Source: Coniocarpon cinnabarinum
Taxonomy: Eukaryota
Assembly: GCA_051942205.1 (NCBI GenBank)
Contig: JAVECO010000018.1
Location: forward strand, 62,001-126,000
Reading direction: 5' to 3'
DNA: 64,000 nt
The notes below the pieces were generated by a model. That model saw only the letters and a list, made by a program, of their open reading frames with translations. It was not told where the DNA came from and searched no databases. The number at the start of each line of letters is the position of its first letter. Position 1 is the first letter of the stretch. Shown here in pieces: positions 10,264 through 22,899 of this stretch. The translations under genes were made by a program, and so were the position numbers.

Positions 10264-10731
10264 GACTAGGACGGCTTGAGGTAACTAAACCCATTGACGA
10301 GCATTTTCGCGGCATCATGCAGCTCTTTCTCACCCAGTACCCGAATTTAGATTTAGCAGCTGACGAGCACGCGCCATGACACCTCTTGCGCCACATCCGG
10401 AACCATTTCCGCTCTCCTCACTGACGCCTTCCTGGCCCGTGCAACTTCCTTAGGATCGACATGTCCCCAGGCACTTCTCCAAGCCGCGAAGCTCAAGTAA
10501 GAGGCAAGGATCTTCAGGCATTCTCCGTTTCAGGATTCCTCAACAGCTGTCTCGGCAATCTATTTTTAGACTAGGTCTACACCGCAAGTTTGAGATCCAC
10601 ACATCATTAGCAACTTATTCAGTCGCTTGTCCACACTTTGAAACGAACGATAACCAGCTTTGGGCCGCTATTGTTCGGTGCCCAAGCTTTTGCAGGGGCC
10701 GAGACGAGGCATCCGGCTTCAGTCCGCAGTC

Positions 10732-11852
10732 ATGCCATCCGGTCGGTCCTCATCTCTGACATTGCTCCCTGTCTACGCCGCTCATAGATTTAGGTCTCTC
10801 AAAAGCGAAGACAAAGATCAATCGTCTGTTTCGCAGCAAGTCGAGCCAACAAGACGATGCCAAGCCAGCAGATGTCACTGCCGTCAGTCCGTCCGAAAAA
10901 GCCAAGCTTAGTGCATCTACAGATTTATCAAACAGACCTTTGCCGACAAGTCCTTCTGGAGCACCCCAACTCGCACATCCTGGCGTGTCCTCGGCAAAGG
11001 CGGACAAGACGCTAAGTGGTCCTGGTGATCATGATCACGAGGATATGGCCGCTGCTGTGCTGTCCGCAGGGAATCAGGTGCCCTCGGAGTCAAAGTCTCC
11101 CAACGCGAGCTCAGCTAAGGTCGGCAAAGATAACAATTCGGAGCAGCGATCGACGCAGCTTGATCCACCTGCCATTGCTGCAAAAACTCAGCGACATGAA
11201 AGGGGACCAAGTTCAGTGAGCAGCCTCGGAAGAAATCCAGGCGCACCTTCGCACGCAGAAGACAGTCACTCGAGACATAACAGAGAGAACTCAGCGGTGT
11301 CAGAGCTTTCGGCTTCTGATCTTCGTATCCGACAGGGGCCTCAACAGGACGTAGATGAGCGTGCGGTGCCTACGACAAGTTCAGCCAGAGATTCAAATCA
11401 GCCTGCTGCGCAATCGATCTCCACAGGTGTTGACAAAGCTGAGACTTTGTCAGCTTCCCATTCCCGTTTCCATGGCGAAGCCTCTGCAGAAGGGTCAAGT
11501 TCAGGCATCAGCGGTCAGGCAAACGAATCGAACGTTCCGACAATACCAAGACCTACAGAAGAAGAGGTGAGTGAAGCCTTCCAGTTGGACACGAACTTTC
11601 GTTGGCGACAACTTGTGTGGATGATGCTGATTTTAGTCTGAATAGATCGAAGACGTAGAAAAACGAGAGGCGCGCGCTGCTGTAGAAGCCAGCAGGGGTC
11701 CAGCCTCCGAGTCTGAAGCACGCAAAGACCAAGCAGTGGCAAAAGGAACAGGAGACGTCATCAAAGCTGTTGCCGCTAACGCCGGTGCTGCCGGTCATTC
11801 AATGGGAATGTCTGCGACTAGCGGTCCTATGGAAGACATGCCTGCCGCCTGA
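10732..11852 (+). CDS. Hypothetical disordered S/A/E-rich protein
   Basis: Exons 10732-10741, 10788-11566 and 11646-11852 join in frame through canonical GT-AG introns with branch sites; includes the 10940-11641 ORF. Confidence 0.7.
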
Positions 11853-12578
11853 TACATGAAACGAGCATCGTTCCTGTCCTTTCTCATCGAGATACATATT
11901 GGTATGTATCTCCGGCGTCAACGCGTATTGTCTTCTTGTTGTGCAGACCATTGGTATTTGTATTGCCGGCGGTCTTTTCCAATCACAATGCTTGGAGGCC
12001 TGCAGGGTCAATGGCACCTACCACGCATGCTGGCTTGAGAGGCATCTTGAAAGTTTTGAGATCTTTCTTGATGTGCTGCATACCAATCTCACTATGAACG
12101 GTAGTTGGATCGTTCCAATAGCTAGTCATCATTCCGTGTCTTTGGCACCGTCGTAAAGCCTCAATCACGTGATAGGCACGTGGGCACTAGCCCACGACAC
12201 CGCCACAGCCATTGCGCACGCCAAGAAACTCAAATCGATCGTCTCGATTCTCAGAGCAGGCATGCCTACTTCCCTCTTTCATTTGCAGCTCTAATTACAG
12301 CTCATCTTGAAACTACGAGAACAGTCCTCGCATCAAAAACGAGCATTGTGTAGTCATTTATTCAAGCGACAAATTTCGCAAACGTACATACACAGTGCCA
12401 CAGTGCACCTCTTATACGCCAGGGGTGCGTTTCTCCTCTGCAACCTCTCCGGCTATTCACCACAACAGTCACGCCCTCTCTTTCATCACATCGATCGCGT
12501 TACGTCCCGAGTGCAATCTACTCTCATTTGGGTGAGCAGCCCTGAGAATCAGCTCGAAAAAGCTCGCGCCAGATCCAA

Positions 12579-12815
12579 ATGCCTCAGCAAGTCACGACGA
12601 CAACAATGTCGACAGGGACGTCGACAGGCTCTATCACATCAGCAAGTTCAAGTTCTGGCCTGTCTACAGGGTCAGGACTGAAGCCATTAAAGCCACCCGT
12701 TGGCAATGGGTGTTTATGCGATGAAGGGTGCTGTTTCTGGTGAGTAACCTGAGCGCTGTCTCTTCACGAACGCGTCACTCGCAGTGGACCCCTTCTTTGT
12801 GGACTCCTTCACTGA
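12579..12815 (+). CDS. Putative microprotein: Ser/Thr-rich N-terminus and Cys-rich hydrophobic tail
   Basis: caaATG start; MPQQVTTTTMSTG...GNGCLCDEGCCF. Unspliced it stops at 12743 (54 aa); GTGAGT...GCAG intron 12740-12784 extends it to ...CCFCGPLLCGLLH* (63 aa). Confidence 0.5.
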
Positions 12816-13368
12816 CTTGGATAGTTGCATCCCGTGCTGTGTTATGTAATTTTGAGAATTAGCACATTTGACGTTGCCATGTGATAGATTGGTTGGAGGC
12901 TTTGGCAGAGGGCCAGAAAGGGGCCGATGAGAGCGCTGTCTGCGGAGGTGGCTTCTATCTATTAGAGATTCATGTACAAATATTGGTAGCAGACGTTTGA
13001 AAAGATTCAAGCTCATTAGTTGGTCATCTCGCACGCTGCACGGTTCTCGTTTGCCCATTTGCAGCTTCGCAGCTACGAATTCTATAGGTAAGTGTCGGCT
13101 TATGAAGGAGTTTCTTTCCCTACCGTGCCCCGCTTGTATGTAAGCCAATGGCTTCCATTGTATGAGCCACAACGCCCAGCCTCATAGCCCCGCCACAAAA
13201 GGGGTGTGGCTGAGCCTGTTACGTGGCCCCACTATATGTGCAGATTACAAACGGAGCTGTCGAATAGCTCCGTCGTGCCTGAAGTGCTTGGGCAGCTCAG
13301 TCATTGCCTTCTGATCTCAAAGTGAGAACACGTAAGATAGATGACTATCAAACCGTAGCTCGTTCAAT

Positions 13369-14604
13369 ATGTTCTCAAGCTCTCGCAAGCCATACACCGC
13401 GGTGACCGTGCAAGTAGAACGTTTGACGGGCCCACAATACGATGAGAACGACTTATCAGGTATCATCGACCTCATCGAGGTGATCCGCATCCAAGATTCA
13501 GGCCCAACAGAAGCCGCCCGAGCTTTGCGCAAGAAGCTCAAGTATGGCTCCGCACATCGTCAGCTACGGGCACTGGCAATCCTCGATGGTCTTATTCAAA
13601 ACGCCGGCGGACGTTTTCAACGCACGTTCGCCGATCAAGCGTTATTGGAGCGGCTAAGGACCATGCCACAAGACGACATGGTTGACCCTGAGGTAAGGGA
13701 GAAGTGCAATCAGCTCTTCCGCGGATGGGCCGTCACGTATAAGAATACCCCCGGCATGGGCGGGATTGGCATGCTCTACAAGCAGCTGCCCAAACGCAAG
13801 AAGCCTACTGCAGCCCAGTCACGTGTCGTTCGCGAGAATGATCAGGAAGCCGCTCGAGACAATCCTTTCGCGGCGCCAGATGCTGATGCGGAGGCTGAAG
13901 AACAGGCGAGGCAGTCCCACGCGCGGAGAGGGAGTCTGGCTCCTCAAAACTCGTTCCTCACGGGAGGGGAGCCGAGCTCAAATTCACGGCCCAGGGCGAG
14001 CTCTAGTGCCAGCTTCTTTGGAAGTGGTGGTGACAAGAAGGACAAGAAGAAGAAGGTAAAGTACGTCAAGTTTAGCCTGGAGAAGGAAAGACCAAACATG
14101 CTTCAAAGCATTGCGTCGGCAAACATGGCAAGCACAAATCTGCTTAATGCACTCAAGTTCGTGAACCGAGAAACGCAACGAGTTTCGGACGTGCCCGAGG
14201 TTGTGAATGCTTTCGAGCAGTGCAAGAAAGTGCGCCGCTCAGTCCTCAGATACATACAGCTTGTCGAGACGGACCAAATACTGGGAAGCTTGCTGTCAGC
14301 CAACGACGAGTTGGTGAAGGCTCTGATGGCGTACGAGATCATGGACAAAAGCGTGGACGATGACAGCGACAGCGATGCAGAGGCCGAGCCTGCTTTGAAT
14401 GGCATTCCAGACTACAGCAGTGTGGCACCGGAGCGTATGATGGCCGGCTTGACCATCGAAAAGCCGCCATCGAAACCTCCAAGACCCGGAGGCAGCTCGC
14501 TTCAGACCACCACATTGAAAGCAGCACCGCCTCCGACACAACACTTCAGTCCAAGCGACGCTGAGGATGAAGCAGATCCATTCGGGGACCATGCAGCAAT
14601 ATGA
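13369..14604 (+). CDS. LSB5: VHS/GAT-domain endocytic adaptor (Lsb5-like)
   Basis: N-terminal VHS (GPTEAARALRKKLKYG...QLRAL), GAT region (LRYIQLVE...LLSANDELVKAL), NPF/DPF motifs. Confidence 0.88.
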   Translation: MFSSSRKPYTAVTVQVERLTGPQYDENDLSGIIDLIEVIRIQDSGPTEAARALRKKLKYGSAHRQLRALAILDGLIQNAGGRFQRTFADQALLERLRTMPQDDMVDPEVREKCNQLFRGWAVTYKNTPGMGGIGMLYKQLPKRKKPTAAQSRVVRENDQEAARDNPFAAPDADAEAEEQARQSHARRGSLAPQNSFLTGGEPSSNSRPRASSSASFFGSGGDKKDKKKKVKYVKFSLEKERPNMLQSIASANMASTNLLNALKFVNRETQRVSDVPEVVNAFEQCKKVRRSVLRYIQLVETDQILGSLLSANDELVKALMAYEIMDKSVDDDSDSDAEAEPALNGIPDYSSVAPERMMAGLTIEKPPSKPPRPGGSSLQTTTLKAAPPPTQHFSPSDAEDEADPFGDHAAI

Positions 14605-14828
14605 ATGGTGCACTTTCTGCGCAATGAGTATCCAGTCCCCCTCAACAGGGTGATTCCACGTCTTGCGTATCACGCGTGTCCAAAGCCACGTGGATGACCC
14701 GTGGAAACAATGGGACGCGACTGTTATGTATAGAAGCCAAGATCTAGCTGATGAAGCATACGATGAATGTTGACGACTCAAGTCTACGCTTTTAGGAACG
14801 CTCACACAAAGTCTTGTTGCAAGTGTCT

Positions 14829-15743
14829 TCACCGCGATCGACCACCACCGATATCTTGACCAAGACGGTAGCCACTAATCTTCTCCCACTCTATCTTTTG
14901 TCTAGTCACCGGCAACTGTCTCCGCAGGCTTTTAAAGACTCCCTCGCTAAGGTTGCCAAAAGTTCTGTTGAGGTCTTCTTGATATCGCTTCTCCGCCTTT
15001 GCGATCTCTCGGATCACCTCACTCGCACTTCCCCCACCCACCGAAGCTGAGATGGGCTTCTCTGTGAGCAACCTCACGTTGCCATCCTCGTAGTAATGCA
15101 CTTCGACCTTTATGCTTCCTGTGAGGCCAGATGAAGGATCGAGCAAGTACTCAGACCGCCATCGTCCGTTCCAGAAGTTCTGCGGTGAATACTTGTTGGC
15201 CACTAGGACGATTGCAATCTTAGAGTCGTTGTCGGTGGGGTAGACGCCTGCGCAGTGACTCGGGAAATGCTCTGCTGCGTGTGTGTTAAGAGATTTGACT
15301 AAGCTTTTAACAAGGTCTGCATGTCTGGAGTCGAGCGAGTAGGACTGGGCGTTCAATGCTTTCTGGGAGGCGTGATCGAAATCAAAGGATGTGCTCGAGC
15401 CAGTGTCAAAGTATTGAATGTCAGACAGGGCGTTGTAGGGGGTCACGAGAACGTCTTGTGAGGAGTTTGGTAGTCGTGTGGTGGTGAACTGGGACTCGTT
15501 GTAGGATTTGAAGGCGGATGAGTGTGAGGTCAAGGAGTCGTTTGTGAGTGTCTTGATGTCTGCGCACCGTCAACCTCAAGAGCGCGCGGACATTGAAGCA
15601 TGAGCAGTGTACCATTTACAACATCATTCAGCTAAGACTAACAATCAGTATTGGAGCAGGAAACCACATTGGTGAAGATGACCAACCTCTCCAGGCGGGG
15701 CATCCTTGATGAAGGAGCTAATCATGGACGTGTTGGACGCCAT
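14829..15743 (-). CDS. CAP1: F-actin capping protein alpha subunit
   Basis: FIKDAPPGE, NFWNGRWRS, VHYYEDGNVRL and LRRQLPVTRQKIEW. Introns 15632-15686 and 15560-15612. Confidence 0.96.
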
Positions 15744-16303
15744 TGATGGGATCCTCACCAGCCTCGGGGCACTTTTTTGAGCGCACCAGCTTATCTCGTC
15801 TGGTCGCTTCGTCTCTTCCGGACCTAAACATGGAATGGGTACCGGCAAGGAAAGCCACCATTGCTGGTGGGGCATCTGCAGTAAGAAACGCGCGACTTTG
15901 GGACGAGTGGCCAATCACAGGCTGGTGTGCTTCACTCTTGGCGCGATGAAAAGTTTCTAGCAGGTTTCCCACGGCAGCTGCTGCACCTCAAGCGCCAGAC
16001 GACGAGGTCAGGGACATGGGCAATCTCCTGGCTATTTGTATTTCTATGTTTGACACGCACTGCTGGCATTGCTCCTACCATCACCAACTGCATACCGCTG
16101 GTGCTCGTGTCTGAAAAGCTCAGACCTGTACGCCATTTCCACTGTCGGAGTGCAAAGCTGTCAGAATGAGCGAGGTGGATCTCGCAAGCTCAATGACAGA
16201 ATGATTCTGCGAACCAACGGCAAACAATTAACAACAGCTGAAGCCCCTTTATAGTCGATTTTTGGAGTCCGGATCAGCACTTGATTGAAAGTCAGTCATT
16301 GCG

Positions 16304-18490
16304 ATGCAGGACGAACACGGTCAACCAGCACCCGTTGAACAGGTGTCCGCAATCATCACCTCCACTCCTTCCCACCACACACGATCCCACTCCGACACCA
16401 GGCTACACATACAACCACAGCTCTCACCCTCCCCGAAATTCAAAGAGCCCGCACCCAAGGGCCCACGAGACGACAATGTCATCGTCAGCACTCCGTCACG
16501 CATGCCTGGCCGGCTCCACCGCGAATCGCTAGTCCTCCAAATGCCTCCCCGCTGCGATCCCATGGCCAGCGTCTCTGGACCGCTCCCGTCAGGGCGCTCC
16601 ACGCCTCTGCATTCTCCTCAGATCGAACGCGAGAACAACTTCGAATCCCCCACTTCTATGTTACCCCGCCATTCGCGTGGACTGGACTTCTCCCGAGCCT
16701 GTTCCAGTTTGCACCATTCCTCACTTCCAGGTCAGTCGTCGCCAGACTCTTCGCCCAAGCTATCTCATAGAGCATTGAAGATCCCCTCGAGGCGACAATC
16801 TACCGTATCGTCAATGGTGTTGGATTCGCCAAGGACAAGTGGCGGCAGCAGTTTTTGGGGTGACCGGTCCGCTTTCCGACCGCGGTCGCTTGGCTCCACG
16901 ACTGCGATGACAAGTGAAGCCTCCAGCAGCGACTCTGACTCTGACGACGAAACGAAAAGTCGATATGATCCTGACGAGATGTTGAGCACGCCTGTCATGC
17001 ACAAGCAGTCGAATTCCGTGGGCGGTGTGACACCCTACGGTTTGCGTGAGGACACGGTCACAGGCGGGGCACTACACAACCCCTCTCCCATTTCAAGACG
17101 CTACACACCTTACCGCCGAGCGACGAAGAGCAGTGGCAGTCGCCTCGCTGCATTGCGCACCCAGCACAACGGCGAAGAGAACAACAACAGCAGCGGCAGC
17201 TCCACCGATACGAACGAAATGTCCGTTGACAACGCTGCGTCTCGGCGCGAAAGCATCTCCGCCGTCACGAGCTCGCTGCAGCTGTCCACTAACAGCAACA
17301 GCAACAGTCAAGACTCCGACACCGAGACCAGTCCTGCTCCCTTCAGATTCACCTCACCTCAGGTCGTCCGACGGCCTGTGACACGCCGCTCAAACCTCCT
17401 CCCCAAAACGAAAGGCTTTGCGCGTATCCGCGCGCAGCTCCAAGAGGAGTCCTCGCCCGTCGACACTGATATCCGCCGCGACGCTGAAGTCGTCCGACAA
17501 GTCCGCATCGGCTCTGATTCCCAGAATTTCGTCCCGAGCTTGTCGCATGCCTCTACTTATAACTCAACCACCGCTAGCTCCTCACCTGACCTTACACCGA
17601 CGATCTTTCCTCCACACTCTATGGATGCCTCAGAGCTCGGCGACATCGATGGCCTAGGCGTCACGCTCCCCACCACCGAGACCTCAATCTTCACTCCAAC
17701 CGCCACCGCCGGCTTAACAGAAGAGCAAACCCCCCGCTTTTCTCATCTCTTCCAAACGAACCGCTTCAGCACACCACCACCTCAGCCCTTCAAAAGCGCA
17801 CGCAAACGCTCCTCCAGCGGCGCCATGAGCGAAGACGCCACAACATCGCATCCCACGTCCCATCGCCCTACCCTCCGCGCCCGCTCCGAGTCGGAACCAG
17901 AGCGCGAATCTATCCCACCGCCGATGTTCGCGCCCCCGAATCTGCCATCAGCTGCAGAAGTCAGTAGTAAAGCTCATGGAAAGCGGCGACGGGACGACGA
18001 TTTCGATTCGAATAGCATTAAGCGACGGGCTGTAAGTCCGGGGATGAGTGTCCACTCCTCGCCTGTTATGGGACAGAGTCCTGTTTCTTCGACGGGAGGG
18101 TGGTGGGCTTCTACAGGCACTAAGGGTCGGGACTCTCGAGAAAACTCTGGTGGAGGGACTGCTCCCAGTGGCGCTGCAGCGAACGTTGGGATTAGTGGTG
18201 GTAGTACTAATGCAGTGGCTTCAGGACGTGAGAACTCTGGTAGTAGCACATTCACGGGCAAAGGGAGCACTGACGCCACTGTCACTGCTACTGGCACTGC
18301 TTCTGCTACCGGTAGTGGTGGGGCAGAGGCAACACTAGGCCGCGAAGGCAGAAGCGCAAGCGTCACAAGCTTGACAGGCGCCATGGCCCCGCCGCCGCCC
18401 AGCACGCCGAGTCTCGGAGCCAGAAGAGTAGGCTTACAGCAGGGAATGAGCGATACGAATGATGGATTGGTGAGGATGAGTCTGGAGTGA
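16304..18490 (+). CDS. Ser/Pro-rich hypothetical fungal protein
   Basis: 728-aa intronless ORF with islands typical of a conserved Pezizomycotina family (RGLDFSRAC, RRPVTRRSNLLPKTKGFARIRA, KRRAVSPG); function unknown. Confidence 0.8.
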   Translation: MQDEHGQPAPVEQVSAIITSTPSHHTRSHSDTRLHIQPQLSPSPKFKEPAPKGPRDDNVIVSTPSRMPGRLHRESLVLQMPPRCDPMASVSGPLPSGRSTPLHSPQIERENNFESPTSMLPRHSRGLDFSRACSSLHHSSLPGQSSPDSSPKLSHRALKIPSRRQSTVSSMVLDSPRTSGGSSFWGDRSAFRPRSLGSTTAMTSEASSSDSDSDDETKSRYDPDEMLSTPVMHKQSNSVGGVTPYGLREDTVTGGALHNPSPISRRYTPYRRATKSSGSRLAALRTQHNGEENNNSSGSSTDTNEMSVDNAASRRESISAVTSSLQLSTNSNSNSQDSDTETSPAPFRFTSPQVVRRPVTRRSNLLPKTKGFARIRAQLQEESSPVDTDIRRDAEVVRQVRIGSDSQNFVPSLSHASTYNSTTASSSPDLTPTIFPPHSMDASELGDIDGLGVTLPTTETSIFTPTATAGLTEEQTPRFSHLFQTNRFSTPPPQPFKSARKRSSSGAMSEDATTSHPTSHRPTLRARSESEPERESIPPPMFAPPNLPSAAEVSSKAHGKRRRDDDFDSNSIKRRAVSPGMSVHSSPVMGQSPVSSTGGWWASTGTKGRDSRENSGGGTAPSGAAANVGISGGSTNAVASGRENSGSSTFTGKGSTDATVTATGTASATGSGGAEATLGREGRSASVTSLTGAMAPPPPSTPSLGARRVGLQQGMSDTNDGLVRMSLE

Positions 18491-18963
18491 CGTTCCGAGC
18501 TCATTTACGACCGTGCTTACGAAGTCCCTTTGTCATTTGCAAAAGTTGATGAAACGAGGTCCTCGTGTTTGCTAAAAGTTTTGAAGAGCTGGGTCTTTGG
18601 TGGTACCCATCAAGTGCCTCTGCATCTCGTGCTGTTGAGGTACTGTTTGGACTTTGAAGAATCTTTGAGAATTTCTAGACACGAAGGGTTTCTGACGCCT
18701 CGTTGTGGGAGAACGCATATGCCTCAGAGTTGGCGACTGAGGGCATGTCTGGTATCAGACTGTGATTGATTCCAGGACAACCAAGTCATATATAAATGAA
18801 GAAACTAGCGCACGACGCCATTTCACCATTAAACCACACAGAATAGTAACAATACCAGAGTTCAGGACTTCGGATGCACTCTCCCGTTGAACTTTCATGC
18901 AAATAAATTACGCTGTAAATGCTAGACAATAAAATAATCATACAACCCATGCTCACATCATTC

Positions 18964-20813
18964 TCACCTCTCGCCAGCCGCAACAGCCTGTCCCTGCACC
19001 CCCTCCGCCGCTAAGAGCTCATTCAACCGCCTGTACGCCCCACTATTCACCAAACCGGGCATCAGCGTGTTCGTGACAAACTCCTCACTGTCATCCGCCG
19101 TCCCCACGTCTTTCGCCGCGTACCTCGTATCCATCGGATCATCGAACTCCAGCAACTCCTGGAGGTCGTATCCCAGATTCTCAAGCGCAGTCGTATTAAA
19201 CACATCCATCATCTCGTGGTCCTCGTGAATCAGGTTATGGCAATGGAACTGGTAGAGCCCGTTCCACGGTCCGAAGCGCGCGACCACGTTGACGGTCTCG
19301 CCGGGCTCGAGGAGGACGACGTCTTTCAGGCCGGCGGACTCGTAGGGGAGGACGCCCCGCGTGCCGCCTTGGCGGGAGACGATGCGGAAGTCGATGAGGT
19401 GGATGTGCACGGGATGCACGCCTGGGCCGGCGGCGTAGCGCAGCTCCCAGTTTTGCACGGTGCCCATTGGTGGTCTCGCTAATGTACGGGCTTCGACGTC
19501 GTCGTACACGACGCCGTTGATGGTCCATTGGCCGCCATTGCGCTGGAAGTTGAAGGTCTGATCCACGGCGCCGTTGTTGGGCGGGTTTTGCACGTTTGCA
19601 TTCGGGTTCGCTAGCGCAGAGGGGAGGTCGTTGTTTGACGAGTCGGAGACGGTGTCCCCGACTACAAAGCGCATGACGGAGCCCGTGTCGGACATTTGAC
19701 CGATGTCTGGCAGCAGGAACTCATTGCCTAGCGTTATGTTCTGGCCCTGGAAGCCAGAAAAATCCATGACGACTTCGTAGCGCTCGCCCATGCTGAGGAT
19801 GACGGTTTGGGTCTCGACGGGGGCGGAGAAGAGACCGGCGTCGGAGCCGATGACGTTGAAGTTCTGGTAGATGCCGTCTGCGTCGGCGAAGTAGAGGCTG
19901 AAGGGGCGCGAGAGGGCGGTGTTCAGGAAGCGGAAGCGGTATTTGCGCGGTTCCACGTTGAGGTAGGGCCAGGGTTGGCCGTTGGCGTGGATGACGTCTC
20001 CGAAGAAGTTGATGGTCTCACCAGAGGGATCGACGAGGTCGCCATTGGCTTGATACGCCTTGTCGATGATGGCGATGGGGATGTCATAGTTGCCTGAGGG
20101 AAGACCGAGGGAGTCCTCATTGGGGTCGTAGATGATGTGGAAGCCGTTCTGTCCGTAGTACGCGTCGACGGAGGTATGGTGGTCAGCGTGATCGTGGTAC
20201 CAGAGAGTTCGCGCGGACTGGCTGCCGGAGTAATAGTAATCTTTGTACTGTCCCGGATTGATCGTGTCGTTGGCCCAGCCATCCCACGGCGAACGGGTCC
20301 AGGCGCCGTGGAGATGCATCGACGAGGTCAAGTCATTGTTGTTGGTCAGGCGAATGATGGTCTCACTACCGACCGGGACACGGTACGTTGGGCCTGTGGA
20401 CCTTCCGTCATAGCCAGCCATGTTGGCTGGTCCCAGGTTTGGGTAGACCTGCTGCTGGAACTTGTCTACTGACATCTCATAATAGTTGATCGGCTGAGTG
20501 CCATTGACATTAGAGGAGCTGCGCAACAATTAGCATCACGAACCAACGATTATCACCAAGTGAGCACATACTATTTGGGAGAGGCTTGTGGCGAGATGGG
20601 CAGCGGGTATTGGAACATCCATTCCGAGTAATCAGGGCTTGAGCCATGCCCTGCGCCAGGCCATGGGATGGGAGGAGTCTTGATCGGTCCACCACCAAGA
20701 GGCGCCTTCAGATCACGAGGCGAGGCCGCTCCTGCTCGAGAGCCCACATGTCGCGACGAAGCTGCGCCTGAAATGAGTAGGGCACATGCCCACTGCATCA
20801 GTCCTGTCGGCAT
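18964..20813 (-). CDS. Secreted multicopper oxidase, bilirubin oxidase/CotA-like
   Basis: All four Cu motifs (MHLHG, WYHDH, HPVHIH, HCHNLIHEDHEMM). Signal-peptide-like N-terminus. Intron 20519-20571. Confidence 0.93.
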
Positions 20814-22899
20814 GATGTTTCTCTGGACTCGAATCAAGCCGATAACCGGAAAGAAGGCAGCGACTGATGCAAGTGCCCACTGTTCTGGCAGCAACAAGCA
20901 AAAGCTGACGGGTCTGGAATTGCAGCGCCTGGAGAGAAAGAACGGATGACAGCTACCCCAGGCGCCATCGTCTGGTCTTAAACAACGTCTTCTCGCCACA
21001 CACTCGACGCTCGGAGGGCTCAACCGCCGACGAGACAGGAGCAGGAGGCGTCATGGCACCGACATTCAAGCATCCTTTGTGTCATGGACGACAAGGCCGA
21101 GCTCGGCAGTCGTTCAGGCTGTGTCTACCTCGAATAAAACTTCGAAAGTAGGACAAGGCCAATGCGAGAGAAACTGAAATGCTGGACGGTTTCGGATGGA
21201 TCGCGTGCGGAAGCATCGGCCAAGGCGACATTAGATCCGTGATCCTCCAATGGCAAACCCTCCAGACAGGCTGATCGCAGTTAGGGTGTCTTCCTGGCCC
21301 CGAGATTGCAGTCTATCTTGGTTAAAGCAGCGGCTAATTGTCGAAGAAAGCGAGTGATTCTCCGGAAAGGGGTCTGAGATGTTTACCAAGTGAGGTCAGG
21401 CATCGGAAATACACGCGGAGACCCGGACACCAACGTAGATTCTCCTAAATGAGATCAGAGTACAACGGCAATGGACCCGGCTTTGTCACACAAAATCGTG
21501 GTGTACGCAAGACTAATTCCACGCAGAATGCCGTGAGATTACAGCGTTTGGGTCTCTTTAGAAGGTGGCAAAGGCGTGTGGTAAAGATGGTTTGTGACTG
21601 GGGAATCGTTAAACAGACTTGTATGATGATGAGAAGCGAAAACAAGGCACCGCTGAGTGCAACGCCTCCATATCATGCCAAATTGTTGCAGATTTTCGAC
21701 TAGGTTCCGTGCGGTGGAGAGAAAGAAAACCGTACTTTTGCGCACTTGACGTTACGATACATTCTTTCGTTCCAAGTTGCAAATGGTCATGAGCCAAGGT
21801 GCGAGTTGAGTAACCCAATGTCCATGCGGACTCCACGATTTGTGGCGTCCGCTGCCAGTCTAGACTGCATATTCTACCTGGAACCAGCCGCGGCGCATTG
21901 GCAGACTGTTGTGGTATGAAAACAAGCGGATCCGTACATTAAGAAGCCGCAGGTGATTCCTCAGCGCTCGCTCAACCGCGAAAGTCACATGACATTTCTG
22001 GTTCGGATGCGGCTGTTCCCGGATCACGTGCACTGTCGAGTCTGTACTCCTCGTGTTTTCGCCACCAAGTTGCTTGCGACTCGTGCAACAATGCAATTTT
22101 CTGTAGCTTGTCGAAGCTCGAAAGACTGGGTCGGCCCATCTCACGGAGCACCACTTCTCATTGTGCGATGTTTGGGTCGTGCACGAGGTGTGGATGACCG
22201 CTCCCATTACTCGGGACTGCTCTGCATCGCAGCGCCCTCGAGCCACTCGACACTATACTCAGCAAGCGTCTCTTGTCTTCGTTGAGCCTCTTCTCTTGTG
22301 TTATGGAAGGAGAAGACATAATAACGCCTACAAGCATGATTAGCTAAGCGCGTGAGGACAGGCTTCTATGTCAAGCTAGTGGAAAGGGATCACTTGCAGG
22401 GTCTGCCGAACAAGGCGAACGTGTCGTCCTTCGAACCCCAATTCAAAGTCATGATGTCGTGTCCTGACGATTGACTCGACTGTGTTTCTCCAACGAGCTC
22501 CATTTTCCAAGCGGAGCCAGAGCTCGAGCACAGGAGTGTAATACACTACAAAGCCTGTGAACGAGAAGGCATTGCAGCGTATGATGCTACCGAGATTCAT
22601 TGTGACTTTGTACTTTGGAAAATGCGAAGCAAGTTACTGCGTTGAGCAACCTGAAAGTCCGCATTTGGCTAGAAGCAGCACTGTTCCCGGTCGTCGGCAT
22701 GTCTTCATGAGCTTTCATGTACTCTGCAAAGCGAGTCCTCCAGGTGGCCACATCCACGGTTCTGAGACAACAGAACTAATTCCTACCAGAGAAGAATGCA
22801 GCAAAGTCTTGACACGTTCTTGTGCCGACTGCTTTGCCATATGTAGGATATATACATTTGGGTGAGTACAGAGCTTCGGGTCGACTTCGGCAGACATTG

